From assembly GCA_963706325.1 (NCBI GenBank), contig CAVPLT010000007.1, positions 1 through 64,000 of the forward strand: a stretch of 64,000 bases of DNA. The letters run 5' to 3'. Source of the stretch: an uncultured Nitrospiraceae bacterium (GTDB taxonomy: Bacteria; Nitrospirota; Nitrospiria; Nitrospirales; Nitrospiraceae). Shown piece by piece: positions 59,408-64,000 of this stretch. Position 1 is the first letter of the stretch. Each line of letters starts with the position of its first letter. The notes beneath the pieces are model-generated. The model was not told the DNA's origin, ran no database searches, and worked only from the letters and a program-made list of their open reading frames with translations. The translations under genes were made by a program, and so were the position numbers.

Positions 59408-59427
59408 TTCAATATTATGAGGCGGCT

Positions 59428-59757
59428 GTGGAGATTAACAGATCTGAGATTGTCGTGCTTGTGACGGCCTCATCAAATGGTGAGGCGGAAGAACTGGGAA
59501 AGTTGGCCGTATCTTCCGGCATGGCCGCTTGTGTAAATATCGTCAGAGGCATTCAGTCAATATTTCGTTGGGAGAAGGTGGTGAAGGTGGAGACTGAATG
59601 TCTGATGATCATCAAAACCACCTTGGATCGATTCTCGGAGCTCGAAACCGTTATTCGAGAGCACCACACTTACAGCGTTCCCGAGATTATTGCCCTGCCC
59701 ATTATCGGGGGGTCCGCTCCATACTTGGAATGGATCCAGGCGGAAACTCATAAGTAG
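59428..59757 (+). CDS. cutA: Divalent-cation tolerance protein CutA
   Basis: AACVNI, SIFRW, HTYSVPEII and YLEWI. Confidence 0.93.
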   Translation: MEINRSEIVVLVTASSNGEAEELGKLAVSSGMAACVNIVRGIQSIFRWEKVVKVETECLMIIKTTLDRFSELETVIREHHTYSVPEIIALPIIGGSAPYLEWIQAETHK

Positions 59758-59792
59758 TTGATTGTATTATCTTAATAACTGAAAACAAAGGG

Positions 59793-59821
59793 TTGACCAT
59801 CCAGTCTGGGATTAGTACACT
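59793..59821 (+). promoter_or_regulatory. Putative sigma70 promoter of the M23 peptidase
   Basis: TTGACC-17nt-TACACT. Confidence 0.55.
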
Positions 59822-59874
59822 GCAGGAGTGGTTGACCTGAAGCCTCAGCTAATTCGTGAAGGGGAGACCGTCCT

Positions 59875-60894
59875 ATGAGCCAGCAAACGGCCGATACGAG
59901 TGATGCCTATACCATCGTCGTCTTTCGAGGGTCATCTTCTAAGCCGCTTCGCTTTAGTTTTCCCCGGAAGTTCATGCGTAAACTTCTGATCTTGGCCGCG
60001 ATTCTGATTGTCGCAGACTTGCTCGTTGTTTCCCATTACGTGATTCGAACCGGCGAGGTGTGGCAGTTGTCAGCGTTCCGAGCCGAGGCCATGGGAGCTC
60101 GTGAGCAAACGGCAGCCTTTTCCTCCGCGATTGATGATCTTAAAAAGCGCCTGTCGGTCATGGGAGAGGTCAACCAACGACTTCGCGTCATGCTGGGAAT
60201 CGATACGACCAAGCCTGCGGGTGATTTAGCCAATGGTCGGGGCGGCGATGATGGCCCCATGCCGGATGGTAAGGAGACTGTGCAGGGGGCGAGTCCGGCT
60301 GCGTCAGCCCCAGAACAGCGCCATCAGGTGACAGAAGTTCGGGATACGAACCAACTCGCGGCCGATTTCGCGACAGAAAACATTGAAGAAATTGCATTGC
60401 AGGTTCGCGAAAGCATCGATGCCCTTGTTCGGGAAGCCACCCAACAAGAGGAGGCTCTGCAAAGCCTTACACAAATTGCCGAGCAGCGTTCCACTCAGTG
60501 GGCGTCCACGCCTTCTATTTGGCCGGTGCGTGGATGGGTTACATCGGCCTTCGGTCCGCGGGTTTCGCCGTTTACTGAGAAACCGGCCTGGCATGATGGC
60601 CTAGACATCGGCGCATCCCCGAATGCCCCAGTGCAAGCCCCTGCTCTTGGACGTGTTGTCACGGTGGCGTTTGACTCGAAAATGGGTAATATGGTCAAGC
60701 TTGATCATGGTTACGGTATTGAGACTATCTACGGGCACCTTTCCAAACCATTGGTGAAGGAAGGTCAACGTGTAAAGCGAGGGGATGTTGTGGCGCTTGT
60801 TGGCAGTACTGGTCTATCAACGGGTCCGCATCTTCATTACATGGTAAAGAAGAACGGCCAGTCGCTTGATCCGACCAAATTCATTCTGGATTAA
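59875..60894 (+). CDS. M23-family metallopeptidase
   Basis: TM helix and coiled coil; HDGLD, YGHL and STGPHLHY. Confidence 0.93.
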   Translation: MSQQTADTSDAYTIVVFRGSSSKPLRFSFPRKFMRKLLILAAILIVADLLVVSHYVIRTGEVWQLSAFRAEAMGAREQTAAFSSAIDDLKKRLSVMGEVNQRLRVMLGIDTTKPAGDLANGRGGDDGPMPDGKETVQGASPAASAPEQRHQVTEVRDTNQLAADFATENIEEIALQVRESIDALVREATQQEEALQSLTQIAEQRSTQWASTPSIWPVRGWVTSAFGPRVSPFTEKPAWHDGLDIGASPNAPVQAPALGRVVTVAFDSKMGNMVKLDHGYGIETIYGHLSKPLVKEGQRVKRGDVVALVGSTGLSTGPHLHYMVKKNGQSLDPTKFILD

Positions 60895-61100
60895 TCGCCT
60901 CGCTTCATCGAACAAGTCTGACTCAGCCCATTACGTCTCCCTCCAGTATATCCCTCAGCATTTCAATCTACTTCGCCTCTGCATCGCAGCTCCTCTGCGG
61001 TCAGCTCGCCAGGGTCCCTCATGGGGTCGCCGCAACTTTGGTGCTCATCGGGTGTATGGTATAGCTCTCATTTTGAGAAAATCTTGAAACGAGGACATCC

Positions 61101-62786
61101 ATGAATGATCTGCAAATTGCCCGGTCTGTGACCCTCAAGCATATCTTCGAGGTTGCACAAACTTTAGGCATTGATTCGGAACATCTCATCTCTTTTGGCC
61201 GTTATAAGGCGAAGGTGACCACTCATTTGGAATCGCGCATTAGCACGCGTCCAATCGGTCGATATGTGTTGGTTACGGCCATCAATCCGACTCCTCTTGG
61301 GGAAGGGAAAACGACCACCGCGATTGGATTAAGCATGGGGCTTTGTCGCTTGGGCCATCAGTCGGTTGTTACATTGAGACAGCCCTCTCTAGGGCCTGTC
61401 TTTGGCATTAAGGGAGGCGGTACGGGAGGTGGTCGATCGCAGGTGTGTCCGATGGAGGATATCAATCTGCACTTTACGGGTGATGCGCACGCCGTCTCCT
61501 CCAGTCATAATCTTCTTTCGGCGTTTGTGGATAACCATCTCTTTCATGGGAATGCTCTTCATCTCGATCCGAACAGTATCAGGTGGCCCCGAACGCTTGG
61601 TGTGAGTGATCGTGCACTTCGCAATGTTCTGAGCGGCGCAGAGCCTGACCGACGATCTGGACAGTTCGTGATCACGGAGGCCTCGGAGGTCATGGCGCTG
61701 CTAGCCCTGGCGACTGATCATGCGGACCTTCGCCGACGTCTGGGCAGAATTCTGGTTGGCCTGAAGGCAACCGGAGAGTTGGCCAGGGCCGAGGCATTTG
61801 GCTGCGCTGGCTCCATGGCGGTGCTGCTGAAAGACGCATTGTTGCCGAATTTAGTGCAGACCTTGGAGGGGACACCCGCATTCGTCCACGCGGGGCCGTT
61901 CGGCAATATCGCTCATGGAAATTGCTCAATCGTTTCGGACCGGTTGGCCTTGCGTTGCGCCGACTATGTGGTCACAGAGGCCGGGTTCGGGAGCGATTTA
62001 GGCGCCGATAAATTTTTTAATATTAAGTGCCGCACGTCCGGTCTTCGTCCCGATGTAGGGGTGATAGTGGCGACACTCCGGGCGCTGAAACTGCATGGCG
62101 GGGGCGGAGTAGCGAAAGCTGGAGCGCCGTTACCTAATGGATTGACGGGGCCGAATCAAAGTGCCTTAGAGAAAGGCTTTGCCAACCTCGAGCAGCACAT
62201 TGCCAATGTACGAGCCCACGGAGTGCCGGTGGTCGTCGCCGTGAATGCCTTCATTGATGATTCATCCGACGAATTGAATTGGGTGTGCGAACGGGCGAAG
62301 GCTGCGGGCGCGGAGGCGGCAGCGGTATCGACACATTGGGCCGATGGAGGACGGGGGGCCGAGGAGCTTGCGCGGGTTGTGGTCAAAGTCGCTGCGCAAG
62401 GCGCCGCGCAATTCAAACATCTGTATGATCTTGCCTGGCCAATCAAAAAGAAGATCGAAACCATCGCGACGACGATGTATGGCGCGGCGGGGGTTTCGTT
62501 TCAAGCTCAAGCGGAACGGGATATCGAACTTGCGACGCGAATGGGATTCAGTGACCTGCCCATTTGTATGGCGAAGACACCACTGTCGCTCTCCCACGAT
62601 CCCTCTCTTAAAGGGCGGCCATCCGGTTTCACAGTGCCTATTCAGGAACTGCGAATTCTGGCAGGTGCCGGATTTCTCACCGCGGTGTGCTCAGGTATCC
62701 AGCTGATGCCAGGCTTGCCGAAGAGACCGGCTGGGGAACGGATAGATATGGATCCGCAGTCTGGAGAGATTGTGGGGCTCGCGTAG
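61101..62786 (+). CDS. fhs: Formate--tetrahydrofolate ligase
   Basis: TPLGEGKTT, GPFGNIAHG, TEAGFGSDLG and CMAKT. Confidence 0.95.
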   Translation: MNDLQIARSVTLKHIFEVAQTLGIDSEHLISFGRYKAKVTTHLESRISTRPIGRYVLVTAINPTPLGEGKTTTAIGLSMGLCRLGHQSVVTLRQPSLGPVFGIKGGGTGGGRSQVCPMEDINLHFTGDAHAVSSSHNLLSAFVDNHLFHGNALHLDPNSIRWPRTLGVSDRALRNVLSGAEPDRRSGQFVITEASEVMALLALATDHADLRRRLGRILVGLKATGELARAEAFGCAGSMAVLLKDALLPNLVQTLEGTPAFVHAGPFGNIAHGNCSIVSDRLALRCADYVVTEAGFGSDLGADKFFNIKCRTSGLRPDVGVIVATLRALKLHGGGGVAKAGAPLPNGLTGPNQSALEKGFANLEQHIANVRAHGVPVVVAVNAFIDDSSDELNWVCERAKAAGAEAAAVSTHWADGGRGAEELARVVVKVAAQGAAQFKHLYDLAWPIKKKIETIATTMYGAAGVSFQAQAERDIELATRMGFSDLPICMAKTPLSLSHDPSLKGRPSGFTVPIQELRILAGAGFLTAVCSGIQLMPGLPKRPAGERIDMDPQSGEIVGLA

Positions 62787-62792
62787 GAGGGT

Positions 62793-63654
62793 CTAGCGCT
62801 GCTTCAGGAACCGGAAGAATTCAGAATCCGGACTCATGAGAATAGTGGTCTTGTCTTTAAGGGTTTTGCGGTAGGCTTCCATAGTGCGGGTAAATTCAAA
62901 AAAATGGGGATCCTGACGATAGGCATCGGCATAAATCCGGAACGCCTTCGCGTCGCCGCCGCCCCGAAGTTCTTCTGACTCTCGATAGGCCTCCGCGAGA
63001 ATGATTTCTCGATCTTTTTCGGCCTCCGATTTGATTTTTTGAGCTTCCTCCGCGCCTTCGGCACGGTATTGCTTTGCTTGTCGTTCCCGTTCAGCTTGCA
63101 TCCTGGAAAACACGGCTTTTTCATTTTGTTCAGGCAAGTCGGCTCGCTTGATGCGGACGTCCTGAATTTCGATACCATAGGCCGATGCTTTTTCATTCGA
63201 CCGCTGTGTGACGACGTCCATGAGTTCAGCCCGGGCCGATGAGACGATCTCTGCCAGGTCGTGCCGGCCCAATTCCACGCGCAGCTCAGAATAAATAATA
63301 TCGTGCAGTCGCTGCAGGGCGCCCCGTTGGCTCTGGAAGGCTTGATAGACCTTTAGCGGGTCGGTGATTCGCCATTTGGCAAAGTTGTCGAGGAGCAGCG
63401 TCTTCTTGTCCTGTGTGATGACGTCCTGTGCATTGGAGTCGTAGTCTAAGAGTCGCTTGTCGAAATAGGTGACTTCCTCGATGAACGGCATTTTTAAGTA
63501 GAGTCCAGCTTCCGTCACATTGCGGACCGGCTTGCCCAATTGGACGACGATGGCATTTTGGATGACATCGACAACATAGAAGGGGGATGCGCCTAAGATA
63601 AGAAGGCCGAGGACGAGCCCGATAAGATGCCAGGATAAATCCTTGCTTGCTCAT
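62793..63654 (-). pseudogene. hflC: HflC protease modulator with a +1 frameshift after codon 9 (probable assembly error)
   Basis: SPFH body is intact in 62793-63539. Removing one T at ~63627 restores MSKQGFILALIGLVLGLLILGASPFYVV. Confidence 0.88.
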
Positions 63655-64000
63655 GGCGTCCGTTCCTGCGTAGCGCCGGATGGGGCTGGTTTGGTGAATC
63701 GGTCGAGTGGCAAAAAAGGCAGGATGCGGTCTCCGCCCTTGCCGTCGAGGACAAATTTGTCGATGTGGGGTAGAACGTCTTCAAGGGTCTCGATGTAGAT
63801 TCGCTTGCTGATAATGTCCTTGGCCTGATGGTATTCCTTCAGTGTCGCCAGGAATCGATTCGCTTCGCCCTGCGATCGATTGAGTCGCGCTTGCGCATAG
63901 CCTTTGGCCTGGTTGATCAACTGCGCCGCTTCACCCTTGGCTTTGGGCGTAATATCATTACGGTAGCCCTGTGCTTGGTTGATCAATTTTTCACGATCTT
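63651..64000 (-). CDS. hflK: HflK, 3' part (gene runs off the window)
   Basis: AQGYRN..PKAKGEA..GEANRF..RIYIETLE..LPFLPL, overlapping the hflC start. Confidence 0.9.
   Translation of the reverse strand, partial: DREKLINQAQGYRNDITPKAKGEAAQLINQAKGYAQARLNRSQGEANRFLATLKEYHQAKDIISKRIYIETLEDVLPHIDKFVLDGKGGDRILPFLPLDRFTKPAPSGATQERTP

Noticed and set aside
60895..61100. ZTP or THF riboswitch upstream of fhs
   Set aside because: No recognisable consensus. A likely -10 box (TGGTATAGC) lies only ~35 nt before the start, leaving no room for an aptamer.
1..64000. tRNA, rRNA, integrase, transposase or prophage
   Set aside because: None recognised by eye or in the ORF track.

Overview
Bacterial chromosomal window of moderately high GC. 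Gene content and order suggest a Nitrospira-like (Nitrospirota) genome, but this is inference. The left half (1-34 kb) is an accessory stress and signalling region: tandem DUF2238 genes, two SAM methyltransferases, Slp, TerC and a 4xCBS protein; a complete stressosome operon (rsbR-rsbS-rsbT-rsbX-like) wired to two hybrid histidine kinases; YnfA; a cytochrome c plus a long pentapeptide-repeat protein; an HPF-cold-shock fusion divergent from an APH-like/APS-kinase-like pair; USP, a Cys-rich PAS hybrid kinase, PilZ and TPR proteins. The right half is housekeeping: msbA, nadB, pabB/pabC-like, F0 ATP synthase genes, larE, an M16 peptidase pair, rlmN, SLT, zapB-zapA-[long structured RNA]-rny-ymdB-xseAB-tlyA, an epimerase, rhodanese, cutA, M23, fhs and hflC/hflK. 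No tRNA, rRNA, CRISPR array or transposase was seen. Several small (1-2 nt) frameshifts, including one in hflC, look like assembly errors. Best leads: (1) a ~450-nt long-range-paired RNA at the 6S RNA locus, about twice normal size; (2) the stressosome-to-kinase cascade with three RsbT-like domains; (3) a perfectly palindromic sigma54-like element between divergent genes; (4) a probable AUU start for RNase Y; (5) a structured leader on ynfA.
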